NCBI GenBank assembly: GCA_037441965.1
Contig: JBBIRD010000003.1
Span: 6,741 to 70,740 of the forward strand
Source: Candidatus Moraniibacteriota bacterium
GTDB taxonomy: Bacteria > Patescibacteriota > Minisyncoccia > Moranbacterales > UBA1568
Length of the DNA: 64,000 nucleotides
Reading direction: 5' to 3'
The position numbers and the translations under genes are program-made. The notes beneath the pieces were generated by a model, which was not told the DNA's origin, did no database searches, and saw nothing but the letters and a program-made list of their open reading frames with translations. This document shows, in pieces, positions 48,976 to 58,456 of this stretch; position 1 is the first letter of the stretch; every line of letters begins with the position of its first letter.

Positions 48976-49740
48976 TCATCTTTCAGGGACTTGCAGAAAA
49001 TTGAGACCTTTGATGATACAATCAAAAAGGATATTTAAATGAGAATGAACAGTCACAGATTGTTGTTGAGGATTCCATTTTAAACCTGTTAGAGAATCAC
49101 TTGCGACGAGGACTGCAACATATGAAACATTGTGAAATTGTGCAACAGAAGCAAGGGAAGCAATTTCCATCTCGACAGATAAAACCCCTTGTTTTTTATA
49201 TTTTCTTATTTTCTTTATAGTTTCACGGTACGGAGCTGCAATTGTCCATGATTTGCCCTTATGTACAGGGATGTCTGTTTTTTTGAGAATTATTTCAATA
49301 TCTTTCATAAGAGTTTTTGTTATCATTACATCGCCTTTCTGTTTTAAGTAATGATCTGATACACCATCTTCTCTTATTGCACTGTCAACAAGTAAAATAT
49401 CACCGATAGCAATTTCTTTCTGGATAACACCAGCTGTACCAATAGAAATAAATTTTTTTGCACCAAGGGCGATTAATTCTTCCATCATCATAGCTGTCAC
49501 AGACGGCCCAATTCCGAAACCTGACGCAACTCCATAAGCACCTAAATTATAGAAATTTCCTCGTATACCCGGAATTTTTTGCGCATGTGTATTGATGCTG
49601 ATGATATGTTCTAAAAGTGAATTTTGGAAGGAAAAAATAATAGTTTTAGGAACTATAATATTGTTTAATCTTCCAATTTTCGTAAGATATTTAATATATT
49701 CTTTTGGTTCAATATATGATAGGTCTAATTTTCCTTTCAT
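48976..49740 (-). CDS. nucleoside phosphorylase, PNP/UDP family-1
   Basis: Phosphorylase family-1 fold pattern (...GAYGVASGFGIGPSVTAMMMEELIALGAKKFISIGTAG..., ...SVEMEIASLA...). Confidence 0.7.
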   Translation of the reverse strand: MKGKLDLSYIEPKEYIKYLTKIGRLNNIIVPKTIIFSFQNSLLEHIISINTHAQKIPGIRGNFYNLGAYGVASGFGIGPSVTAMMMEELIALGAKKFISIGTAGVIQKEIAIGDILLVDSAIREDGVSDHYLKQKGDVMITKTLMKDIEIILKKTDIPVHKGKSWTIAAPYRETIKKIRKYKKQGVLSVEMEIASLASVAQFHNVSYVAVLVASDSLTGLKWNPQQQSVTVHSHLNILFDCIIKGLNFLQVPER

Positions 49741-49762
49741 AATATTTTTTAGATTATTTTTA

Positions 49763-49906
49763 TTAAAATGGCGTGCAAAAATTTGCCATTACCGGTTTCA
49801 GTCCGAGCAAACAGAACAATGAGTTCCAGTTGAAACCGCTTTGGCACTGGGCATTGGCGATCAAACACTGACGAATCGAGTAACCCTTGGACAGTTGTTC
49901 TTTCAT
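49763..49906 (-). CDS. unannotated 47-aa Cys-rich small ORF (MKEQLSKGYSIRQCLIANAQCQSGFNWNSLFCLLGLKPVMANFCTPF)
   Basis: ATG preceded by AAGGAGA RBS at 6-nt spacing; 22 nt upstream of and co-directional with the phosphorylase; codons atypically GC-rich; may be non-coding. Confidence 0.3.
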   Translation of the reverse strand: MKEQLSKGYSIRQCLIANAQCQSGFNWNSLFCLLGLKPVMANFCTPF

Positions 49907-50306
49907 GAGATTCTCCTTACTTCATGTTGACGATAACAGCCAGGATGTTCCACTGACTATGCTTCCAGGTTGTTACTGGGGAAATAGTTGTAAGTTCTGG
50001 CCTACACAGGACAGACCTTGTAACAACTAGCACAACCCGTTTTAACTCGAGTGACATTGCGGTAAGATTGAAACTCACAGCTATACCAAATATCATCGAG
50101 TGGAACCTCTAACACATTACCACTAAAAAACGTTTAACGCCATCGAAATATGGAAAGGTATAAGCATCTCTATTGCAGGAAACATAAGGGAAAGAAAGAA
50201 AAAAGTATTTCTCAGAAATGATGTGACAATTATTGCAAGAAGTATTTTTTTTGCATCTTTCTCTATTATTTGGTATTGTAGAAGAGGATATATATAATAA
50301 AAAAAT

Positions 50307-51140
50307 ATGGTTAAACTTCTACTTGTTGAGGATGATCCGTTTATCGCTGAGATTTATAAGAAGAAATTCACTAGCTCTGGCTTTGATGTAGTAAATGTAG
50401 TAACAGGAAAGGCTGTTTTGAAAGAAGTGCAAGTACAAAAATTTGATATTATTTTACTCGACCTTGTGATTCCAGAGATGGGAGGAAAAGATGTTTTGAA
50501 AGAGCTTCGAACAAACAAGGAATATGATCAAAATTTGAAAATCGTTGTTTTTAGTAATCTCAGTTCTTCAGAAGATCGTGACGAATGTCTCAATCTTGGT
50601 GCAGATGGTTTCATTTCAAAAACAGAGTTTTCACCATCTGAAGTTGTGGCAGAGGTTAATCGTTTCCTGACACAATTTAGTGAACAGAAAAAAAATAACG
50701 ATCGTCAATCAAAAGCGCCAGAAGAGCGTACTCATCTTGGCAAGAAAATCCTTCTTATTGAAGATGAATTAGTTTTTGTTGATATGTTCGGAAAAAGATT
50801 GACAGATGAAGGGTATACAGTAACTGCGTTACACGATGGAACATCTGGACTTCAAGCAGCGCTTGACGGAACATTTGACCTCGTGATTACCGATGTGATG
50901 ATGCCGGGTATGGATGGGAGGGACCTTGTGAAGAAATTAAAAGAAGCTGAATCAGAAAATAATACACCTATATTTATTTTCTCAGCCTCACTCGATGATA
51001 TAGCTGTGAAAGAACTGATTGATTCAAAAATCGCTGATAAAGTATTTTTAAAAACAGACACCACTCCCAGCGATCTCGCGTATGCCGTGAATGATTTTTT
51101 CAAAGAAAGAGAAAAAAACATAAAGGAGTCTTCTTTGTAG
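50307..51140 (+). CDS. response regulator with two tandem receiver (REC) domains and no output domain
   Basis: Two CheY-like units: LLLVEDD...DIILLDLVIPEMGG...K and ILLIEDE...DLVITDVMMPGMDG...K. Confidence 0.8.
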   Translation: MVKLLLVEDDPFIAEIYKKKFTSSGFDVVNVVTGKAVLKEVQVQKFDIILLDLVIPEMGGKDVLKELRTNKEYDQNLKIVVFSNLSSSEDRDECLNLGADGFISKTEFSPSEVVAEVNRFLTQFSEQKKNNDRQSKAPEERTHLGKKILLIEDELVFVDMFGKRLTDEGYTVTALHDGTSGLQAALDGTFDLVITDVMMPGMDGRDLVKKLKEAESENNTPIFIFSASLDDIAVKELIDSKIADKVFLKTDTTPSDLAYAVNDFFKEREKNIKESSL

Positions 51141-51193
51141 GCAGAACGCTGTACACATACTTTTTCTTCTTATTTTTTATTTTTGATGATTAT

Positions 51194-52975
51194 ATGAAAA
51201 ATGGATCAAATCCGTTGTCTTTTCGTGTAGGACGAACACTGAGTTATTATATGCCTTATATCAAAAAGTACCGATCTATTATCGGGCTGTATTTTTTGTT
51301 TTATGGTTTGGCAGTTTTGATTTCTGATATTGCGACGCCATTTGTCTATAAAGGCATTATCGATGTTATCGGTCATGGAGTGAGTGCTCCATACGCCAGC
51401 GAACATTTGATGCAATTTATTCTTTTTTTAATTGTATCAATTTTTGCATACAATGTTTTTTATCGTTTAGGTGATTTTTTCCTGATGTCTTGTCAGAGTC
51501 GTATATTGAAGGATATCGCTGATACAACTTTCGTTGATCTGCATCGTCATTCGTATACTTTCTTTACAAACAATTTTACCGGATCACTCGTGGCGAAATC
51601 GAAGCGTTTTGTAGGAGCTTTTATGACTCTTCAAGATGAAACAGTCTTTATGCTCTGGTTTGGAGGATTGAAACTTGGGGGTATTTTTGTTGTTCTTCTC
51701 ATTACACTCCCTCTGCTTGCGGGATTTTTCTTATTATGGTGCGTAGCGTATGTAGTTATTATTTATTTCTTTATTAAGAAGAAGACGCCACTCGACCTCG
51801 CTCGTGCTTCAGAAGATTCTCATGTTACTGGAGTTCTTTCTGATGTTCTTTCTAATATCATCAATATAAAAGCCTTCGCATCAGAACAAAAAGAAATTGA
51901 GCATTTCAAAGAAGCAACAACAAAGGAAGAACAAGCAAGAATAAGGGCATGGAACTTTCAAAATATGCAGTTTTTTATTCAGTCTTTATTGCTTGGTGCA
52001 CTCGAGATTTTTGGTATGTACTTTATTGTTCAGATGTGGCTCTCTGGTGAGGTATCTGCTGGTACTGTCGTTCTCGTCCAGGTATATCTTACGAGTATCT
52101 TTGGACAACTTTTTGGACTTGGTCGTTCATTTGCAAAAATTATTCAGGCACTGACAGAAGCAAATGAAATGGTAGATATCCTCGATACGAAATCAGATAT
52201 TTTTGAAACGAAACAAGCTGAACCTTGTCGTATTGGACGCGGAGCTATTTCTTTCGAAAATATTACTTTTTCATATAACGAAGGCGATGCTATTTTCAAT
52301 AATTTTTCGATGAGTATCAAACCAGGTGAGCGAGTAGGTATTGTGGGGCATTCTGGCGCTGGTAAGACAACGATCGCCAAACTTCTCCTCCGTTTTATTG
52401 ATGTGAGCGAAGGAGTGATATACATTGATGGACAAGATATCAAACAGATGACACAAGATGATTTGCGATCACATATTGCTTATGTTTCACAAGATCCAGG
52501 GTTATTTCATCGAACATTAAAAGAGAATATTGCGTATGGTAATTCTTATGCTACGGAAGAAGAGATTATCGCTGTCGCAAAACAGGCTCGTGCACACGAA
52601 TTTATTATGCGAACACCGCTTCAGTATGAAACATTGGTCGGTGAGCGTGGAGTGAAACTTTCTGGTGGCGAAAGACAGCGTATTGCTATTGCGAGAGCTA
52701 TTTTGAAGAATGCTCCCATTCTCATATTGGATGAAGCGACAAGCGCACTTGATTCAGAAAGTGAAAAATATATTCGAGAAGCACTTGATGAGTTGATGAA
52801 GAATAAAACGACGCTTGTCGTCGCTCACAGGCTGAGCACAGTACAGAAGATGGATCGTATTATTGTTATTGAAAATGGCGCTATTGTAGAATCCGGTTCA
52901 CATAAAGAGTTACTCGCCAAACAGGGTCAGTATGCGAGTTTCTGGCAACAACAAACAGATGGATTTATTGAATAA
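51194..52975 (+). CDS. ABC transporter, fused permease/ATPase exporter (MsbA-like)
   Basis: 6-TM ABC exporter domain, Walker A GHSGAGKTT, signature LSGGERQR, Walker B ILILDEATSALD. Confidence 0.9.
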   Translation: MKNGSNPLSFRVGRTLSYYMPYIKKYRSIIGLYFLFYGLAVLISDIATPFVYKGIIDVIGHGVSAPYASEHLMQFILFLIVSIFAYNVFYRLGDFFLMSCQSRILKDIADTTFVDLHRHSYTFFTNNFTGSLVAKSKRFVGAFMTLQDETVFMLWFGGLKLGGIFVVLLITLPLLAGFFLLWCVAYVVIIYFFIKKKTPLDLARASEDSHVTGVLSDVLSNIINIKAFASEQKEIEHFKEATTKEEQARIRAWNFQNMQFFIQSLLLGALEIFGMYFIVQMWLSGEVSAGTVVLVQVYLTSIFGQLFGLGRSFAKIIQALTEANEMVDILDTKSDIFETKQAEPCRIGRGAISFENITFSYNEGDAIFNNFSMSIKPGERVGIVGHSGAGKTTIAKLLLRFIDVSEGVIYIDGQDIKQMTQDDLRSHIAYVSQDPGLFHRTLKENIAYGNSYATEEEIIAVAKQARAHEFIMRTPLQYETLVGERGVKLSGGERQRIAIARAILKNAPILILDEATSALDSESEKYIREALDELMKNKTTLVVAHRLSTVQKMDRIIVIENGAIVESGSHKELLAKQGQYASFWQQQTDGFIE

Positions 52976-53044
52976 ATACCCCACTTGTTTTAAGTACCTC
53001 TCTTTGCTATGATGAATAAATAAATAGGCTATTTTTATTATGAT

Positions 53045-54454
53045 ATGGAAGCATTAAAGCGTATTCTGATTGCAGACACACAAAAATATCTCGGAAAAGA
53101 AGTAAAACTTTCTGGGTGGATTGATGTACGTCGTGATCATGGAAAGCTTGTATTTCTTGATTTGCGTGATATGAGTGGCAAGGTGCAGATGGTAGTACTT
53201 CCAAATCATCCTGAAGCGATCACTGTAGCACAAACTTTGCGTTCCGAATGGGTAGTGGAAATTATCGGTATTGTGAATGCTCGTCCAGAAAAATTAGTGA
53301 ACAAAGACCAACAAAATGGTGCTTTTGAAATCGAAGTGCTTTCGATTACCGTACTCAATACTGCCGAGACGCCAGTGTTCGATATTGCATCTGATGGAAA
53401 AGAAATAAGTGAAGATCTTCGTTTGAAATATCGTTACCTCGACCTGCGTCGTGATCGGATGCAAAAGAATATACGCAATCGTCATCTCGTGACAAATTTT
53501 ATTCGTACTTTTTATTCTGAGGAGGGATTTGTTGAAATTGAAACGCCAAATATGACCAAGTCCACGCCGGAAGGATCGCGTGACTACATTGTTCCTTCTC
53601 GTATTGATAAAGGAAAGTTCTATGCTTTGCCACAATCACCACAGCAATACAAACAACTTTTGATGTCTGCTGGTTTTGAAAAATATTTTCAGATTGCTCG
53701 TTGTTTTCGAGATGAAGACACTCGTGGAGATAGACAGCCAGAGTTTACACAAATCGATCTCGAAATGAGCTTTGTGTCGCAAGAGGATGTGATGGAAATC
53801 AACGAACGAATGATAACGCAGTTAGTACAAACGGTTTATCCCGAGAAAAAAATTCAGACACTGCCTTTTCCGCGTTTGACATATAAGGAAGCGATGGAAA
53901 AATATGGTTGTGATAAACCGGATATTCGTACGGATAAGAATGACCCTCATCTACTCGCTTTCTGTTGGGTGATAGATTTTCCATTTTTTGAGAAAGATGA
54001 TAAAGGTGGATGGACATTTACGCACAATCCATTTTCAGCACCTAAACCAGAATATATGAATGATTTGATGGAAAAGAAGAATATCAGTGGAATCGGTGCT
54101 GCTCAGTATGATATGGTTTTGAACGGATACGAGATTGGTGGTGGAGGAATCAGAAATCATCGCCCCGAAGCTTTGAAAAAAGTTTTTGAAATAATGGGAT
54201 ATTCTGAAGAGAGAATAGAGAAAAACTTTCATCATATGCTCCAAGCACTTGCATCAGGAACACCACCGCACGGTGGACTTGCTTTTGGTTTTGATCGATT
54301 GATGATGCTTCTTCAAAATGAACCAAATATCAGAGAAGTAATTCCATTCGCCAAAACAGGTGAGGGTCGCGATCCGATGATGGAATCCCCATCAGAAGTT
54401 TCTATTGAACAACTTATTGAACTCGGTTTGCGCATTACTAAGGAAGAAAAATAA
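53045..54454 (+). CDS. aspS: aspartyl-tRNA synthetase, short (archaeal/non-discriminating-like, no GAD insertion)
   Basis: OB-fold N-domain, class II motifs, FRDEDTRGDRQPEFTQIDLEMSF and GGGIRNHR motif 3; 469 aa. Confidence 0.9.
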   Translation: MEALKRILIADTQKYLGKEVKLSGWIDVRRDHGKLVFLDLRDMSGKVQMVVLPNHPEAITVAQTLRSEWVVEIIGIVNARPEKLVNKDQQNGAFEIEVLSITVLNTAETPVFDIASDGKEISEDLRLKYRYLDLRRDRMQKNIRNRHLVTNFIRTFYSEEGFVEIETPNMTKSTPEGSRDYIVPSRIDKGKFYALPQSPQQYKQLLMSAGFEKYFQIARCFRDEDTRGDRQPEFTQIDLEMSFVSQEDVMEINERMITQLVQTVYPEKKIQTLPFPRLTYKEAMEKYGCDKPDIRTDKNDPHLLAFCWVIDFPFFEKDDKGGWTFTHNPFSAPKPEYMNDLMEKKNISGIGAAQYDMVLNGYEIGGGGIRNHRPEALKKVFEIMGYSEERIEKNFHHMLQALASGTPPHGGLAFGFDRLMMLLQNEPNIREVIPFAKTGEGRDPMMESPSEVSIEQLIELGLRITKEEK

Positions 54455-54505
54455 GTAAAAAGTTATAGAAGATATTTAGTTTTGATTATTCTGTTTACTG
54501 AAAAA

Positions 54506-54548
54506 TAAAAATCCCTCGGTACAATTTTGTACACGAGGGATTTTTTTC
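54506..54548. terminator. bidirectional rho-independent terminator between aspS and the convergent gene
   Basis: ATCCCTCG/CGAGGGAT stem with palindromic loop, A-run before and T7 after. Confidence 0.6.
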
Positions 54549-54556
54549 TTTCCTGC

Positions 54557-55153
54557 TCAAAGATGAATCTGAACAGGAATGAAACTGTCATTCCCTTTCC
54601 GCTTTATCGTTCCGGGAATGCGTTCAAAGTATTCTTTGCCGAATACTTTGTCGAGCCGCCCTTCTAAGTAAATCTTCCGAATAGTCGCATAGACTTTCCG
54701 AAAGCCACCTGTTTTGGCGTATGCATATACAGCCAAGTGAAGGGCCATGAATACGAGCTTGCTCCCGGAGGTATTGATCATCCGAGAAACCTCGATCGCA
54801 TCCGTTGAGATAACTGTTCTGCTACAGTTATCCAGACTTTCTTCCATTGGGAGAGATGCTCCCAATAAGAGTCTTTTGTGGATGATGCGACAGCCAGCGA
54901 TGGCGCGTTTTCCCTTCATCACCACGATGAAGATCGACGCTAGGTCAAACCGGTCGCGTTCTTCACCGCGAGGCTCTTCCCAATGATGCTTTTTTGCAAA
55001 AACATCATCACGGAGCTCATAGAAACTCCGTGCTATTTTCTGGTCGCTTGGTGCGACCGGGTTGACCGTTTTTATTCTCATTCCAAAAAGAACGAGAATA
55101 AATGCCAGTATCTTGCTGATACTGACAAAAAACGGTATCAAAGAACGAATCAT
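54557..55153 (-). CDS. autoinducer-synthase (LuxI)-like / GNAT-fold N-acyltransferase-like protein with N-terminal hydrophobic anchor
   Basis: Pattern FYELRDDVF...HWEE..G.E.D.FDL...F..V...G..I.G.R.I...., then IEVSRMI and a helical core resembling the LuxI/acyl-amino-acid synthase family; start placed at Met with GGGAGG RBS (MIRSLIP...). Confidence 0.45.
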   Translation of the reverse strand: MIRSLIPFFVSISKILAFILVLFGMRIKTVNPVAPSDQKIARSFYELRDDVFAKKHHWEEPRGEERDRFDLASIFIVVMKGKRAIAGCRIIHKRLLLGASLPMEESLDNCSRTVISTDAIEVSRMINTSGSKLVFMALHLAVYAYAKTGGFRKVYATIRKIYLEGRLDKVFGKEYFERIPGTIKRKGNDSFIPVQIHL

Positions 55154-55366
55154 TTTACCTCCCATTATAATAAAAGAACAATAAATTATATTATACACCA
55201 AAAATACGCTTTTGTCAATTTTACAAAAAATATATAAATGAAGGTAATAGAGGTAAAAAGAAGGAGTTTTCTTTGTTTTATTGAAACTTGCAAAAAGGTA
55301 TGGAATACGGTACACTAGTTGGAGTATTGATGTCGGTATATAATAGGTTTATAGATTGAGAACATT

Positions 55367-55807
55367 ATGAAAGTGATACTTTTGCAGGATGTAGAAAAAT
55401 TAGGTAAAGCAGGGGAGGTCAAAGAAGTACGCAGTGGGTATGGATTTAATTTTCTCCTTCCTCAAGGATTGGTAGAACTTGCCACTCCATCTGCTATCAA
55501 AGAAGCTGAGAAGGCTATTGCACGAAGAAAGAAAGATATTGAAGCACTTTCACTCGCTTTGAAAAAAACAGCTGATGAGCTTATGGGGAAAAAGATAACT
55601 ATCACTTCAAAAGCAGAAAAAGGGAAGCTTTTTGGTTCGATCGGATCAGAGGAAATAGCCTTGGCGCTGAAAAAAGATGGTATTATCGTTGATGCAAAAT
55701 ACATTGTTGTTGAGAAACCGTTTAAAGAAATTGGTGCTTTTGCTGTTGAAGCTCATTTTGGACACAAAGTTACAGCATCTTTTGAAGTATTGATTAAAGC
55801 TGAGTAG
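55367..55807 (+). CDS. rplI: 50S ribosomal protein L9
   Basis: MKVILLQDVEKLGKAGEVKEV...GYGFNFLLPQG N-terminal signature. Confidence 0.9.
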   Translation: MKVILLQDVEKLGKAGEVKEVRSGYGFNFLLPQGLVELATPSAIKEAEKAIARRKKDIEALSLALKKTADELMGKKITITSKAEKGKLFGSIGSEEIALALKKDGIIVDAKYIVVEKPFKEIGAFAVEAHFGHKVTASFEVLIKAE

Positions 55808-55888
55808 TATTTTTGAGAAAAGCATTTTAACAAAAGTCGCTTCCTTCCCCTTCGGAATAGCGGCTTTTTCTCTATAATTTTTTTCATT

Positions 55889-57547
55889 ATGGCAAAACAG
55901 AAAAATAAAGCGAAATATATTTTTGTGGTTGGTGGTGTGATGAGCGGTGTTGGAAAAGGTATTACGACATCTTCTATCGGGAAGATTCTCAAATCACGAG
56001 GACTTACGATTACGACATTTAAGATTGATCCCTATATTAATGTTGATGCAGGAACAATGAATCCGACGGAACACGGAGAAGTTTTTGTACTCAAAGATGG
56101 GTACGAAACTGATCAAGATATGGGAAATTATGAACGCTTCCTCAATATTGAATTATCGAGAGACCATTATATGACTACTGGTATGGTCTATAAATCCGTC
56201 ATCGAGCGTGAGCGTAATTTGGAATATGAAGGAAAATGCGTTCAGGTGGTACCACATATTCCATTAGAAGTTATTTCGCGTATCAAAAAAACAACGAAGA
56301 AGGATAAAGCAGATGTTGCTATTATTGAGATTGGCGGAACTGTTGGAGAATATGAAAACATTCTTTTTCTTGAAGCTATTCGGATGATGAAAATTGAAAA
56401 TCCGAGAGATGTCATCACTGTGATGGTGAGTTTTATTCCAACACCTTCAACGATTGGTGAGATGAAAACAAAACCAACGCAACACGCTGTACGAACACTT
56501 AATAGTACGGGCGTGCAACCGGATATTATTATAGCGAGAGCAAACAAATCTCTTGATGAAAAACGAAAGGAAAAAATTGCGGTATTTTGTAGTGTAAGAA
56601 AGGAAGATGTTATCAGTGCTCCTGATGTAGAGAGTATTTATGATGTTCCGATGAATTTTGAGAAAGATCATTTGAGTGATATTTTACTTGCGAAATTAGG
56701 ACTGAAAAATAAAAAACATACAGGAGGACTTGAAGAATGGGAGAAAGTCGTAAAGCGCATTCATAACGCTAAAGAAGAAGTGCATATTGGTGTTGTAGGA
56801 AAGTATTTCAAAACAGGGGATTATGTGCTTTCTGATGCATATATCAGTGTAATAGAAGCGATCAAGCACGCTTCCTGCGTCGTAGGAAAAAAAGCAGTGC
56901 TGACTTGGATTGATAGTACTGAGTTTGAAGAGATAGGTGGTGAGAAAAAACTTACTGAATTAAAAAAATACGATGGCATTATAATTCCAGGAGGGTTTGG
57001 CACAAGAGGTATTGAAGGAAAAATTGCTGTTATAGAGTATTGTCGTGTAAACAAGATTCCTTATTTTGGTTTGTGTTATGGTATGCAACTTCTTGTCGTA
57101 GAATATGCGAGAAATGTTTTGGGATTGAAAGATGCACACACTGTGGAGGTAAACAAAGAAACGAAGTATCCGGTTGTCGATATTATGCCTGAGCAGAAAG
57201 AAAATATGCGTAAGAAGAATTATGGCGCCACGATGCGTCTCGGCCACTATCTTGCGGAAATTATCCCGAAGACTCTGGCAAGAGAAGCCTACGGAAAGGA
57301 AAGTGTTATGGAGCGTCATCGTCATCGATATGAAGTAAACCCTGCTTTTGTGACTGATTTGAAGAATGCGGGGCTTGTGTTCTCAGCAACTTCTCCTGAT
57401 GGAGTTTTGATGGAAATAGCAGAATTGCCAAAAAGTCAGCATCCTTTTTTTCTTGCAACACAATTTCATCCAGAGTTTCAATCGTCATTTCTTTTTCCAC
57501 ATCCTCTTTTTGTTGCGTTTCTAAAAGCGTGTACGAGAAAAAAATAG
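55889..57547 (+). CDS. pyrG: CTP synthase
   Basis: N-terminal synthetase domain (IFVVGGVMSGVGKGI), C-terminal GATase with GLCYGMQ and HPEF motifs. Confidence 0.95.
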   Translation: MAKQKNKAKYIFVVGGVMSGVGKGITTSSIGKILKSRGLTITTFKIDPYINVDAGTMNPTEHGEVFVLKDGYETDQDMGNYERFLNIELSRDHYMTTGMVYKSVIERERNLEYEGKCVQVVPHIPLEVISRIKKTTKKDKADVAIIEIGGTVGEYENILFLEAIRMMKIENPRDVITVMVSFIPTPSTIGEMKTKPTQHAVRTLNSTGVQPDIIIARANKSLDEKRKEKIAVFCSVRKEDVISAPDVESIYDVPMNFEKDHLSDILLAKLGLKNKKHTGGLEEWEKVVKRIHNAKEEVHIGVVGKYFKTGDYVLSDAYISVIEAIKHASCVVGKKAVLTWIDSTEFEEIGGEKKLTELKKYDGIIIPGGFGTRGIEGKIAVIEYCRVNKIPYFGLCYGMQLLVVEYARNVLGLKDAHTVEVNKETKYPVVDIMPEQKENMRKKNYGATMRLGHYLAEIIPKTLAREAYGKESVMERHRHRYEVNPAFVTDLKNAGLVFSATSPDGVLMEIAELPKSQHPFFLATQFHPEFQSSFLFPHPLFVAFLKACTRKK

Positions 57548-57552
57548 ACATA

Positions 57553-57583
57553 AAAAAACTCTCCGATTAGGAGAGTTTTTTTA
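57553..57583. terminator. bidirectional rho-independent terminator between pyrG and rpmA
   Basis: ACTCTCC-GATTA-GGAGAGT hairpin flanked by A-run and T7. Confidence 0.6.
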
Positions 57584-57599
57584 TTGGAAGTCAGAAAGA

Positions 57600-57896
57600 T
57601 TATTTATGAGACTTCTCTTTTTGAGGAAGAATATGAACAAAAGTTCTCTGTATGAGTTTACCAGTAAAATCCTTCACTTTTTTCGTCTGAAATTGTACCA
57701 TACCGGAAACAAGAGCGAAAAGAGTATCATCTTCTCCTTGTGCTACATTCTTTCCAGCGTGAAATTTGGTTCCTCGTTGACGAATGATGATGTTGCTTAT
57801 CTCTGCGAGCTGTCCACCGTAGATCTTCACGCCAAGACGCTTGGAAATCGAGTCACGACCAAGGGCGGTGGTACCTCCTGCTTTTTTATGTGCCAT
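57600..57896 (-). CDS. rpmA: 50S ribosomal protein L27 (with short C-terminal extension)
   Basis: [10 protein letters not shown]...GRDS..KRLGVK..GGQ....[13 protein letters not shown] signature. Confidence 0.9.
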   Translation of the reverse strand: MAHKKAGGTTALGRDSISKRLGVKIYGGQLAEISNIIIRQRGTKFHAGKNVAQGEDDTLFALVSGMVQFQTKKVKDFTGKLIQRTFVHILPQKEKSHK

Positions 57897-57938
57897 AAAG
57901 GAAAAACTTACAAATTATGTTATAGTCTGATATACTGA

Positions 57939-58421
57939 ATGAGTATACCAATATTTATCTCTTTTGTCAATCGGCATCTCATAACAGATGTTATAATGAT
58001 ACTGTTTTGTACTATGCGTATGGGTATATATTCTTTTTTGTCAGAAGGGAAACAATTTTTCCAAACGCATCAGAAGAGCCTATTTCTTTTTTTTGGTCTT
58101 CTTTTAGTAGCAGGGACCGCTTTTGAGAGTGGTGCACTTTGGGAGAAAATGCATTCTTCTTCGCCGATTATCATTTCTCTGCCTGAATATACAGATAATG
58201 AAAGGGTATCTGTGAAAGAAAATGCACAAACAAAGGAAGACAATACGACGAAGGCTGTGCCTGAAACAAAAAAATGTGTGTTTATTGGAAGTCGTTATTC
58301 GAATAAATATCATCTGACAACCTGTTCAACCGCAAAGCGTATTAAAGAAGAAAATAAAGTTTGTTTTTCATCAAAAGAGGATGCAGAAAAAAAAGGGTAT
58401 ATACCTGGATGTATCAAATAG
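57939..58421 (+). CDS. hypothetical membrane-anchored protein with C-terminal Cys/His-containing motif
   Basis: Hydrophobic N-region; C-terminal KCVFIGSRYSNKYHLTTCSTAKRI...VCFSS...GYIPGCIK; start uncertain. Confidence 0.4.
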   Translation: MSIPIFISFVNRHLITDVIMILFCTMRMGIYSFLSEGKQFFQTHQKSLFLFFGLLLVAGTAFESGALWEKMHSSSPIIISLPEYTDNERVSVKENAQTKEDNTTKAVPETKKCVFIGSRYSNKYHLTTCSTAKRIKEENKVCFSSKEDAEKKGYIPGCIK

Positions 58422-58456
58422 AAGATGATAGAATAAAAAAAACAACACATATATTT

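Noticed and set aside
49760-50160. tmRNA, RNase P RNA or SRP RNA in the GC-richer non-coding block
   Set aside because: I looked by eye on both strands for the tRNA-like T-arm and ACCA end of tmRNA, the GGAAAGUCCGGGCU / ACAGAACCCGGCUUA RNase P signatures, and the SRP domain IV motif. None was present. Partial resemblances (AGUCCGAGC, ACAGAAC) lie too close together. A structured RNA is still possible but unassigned.
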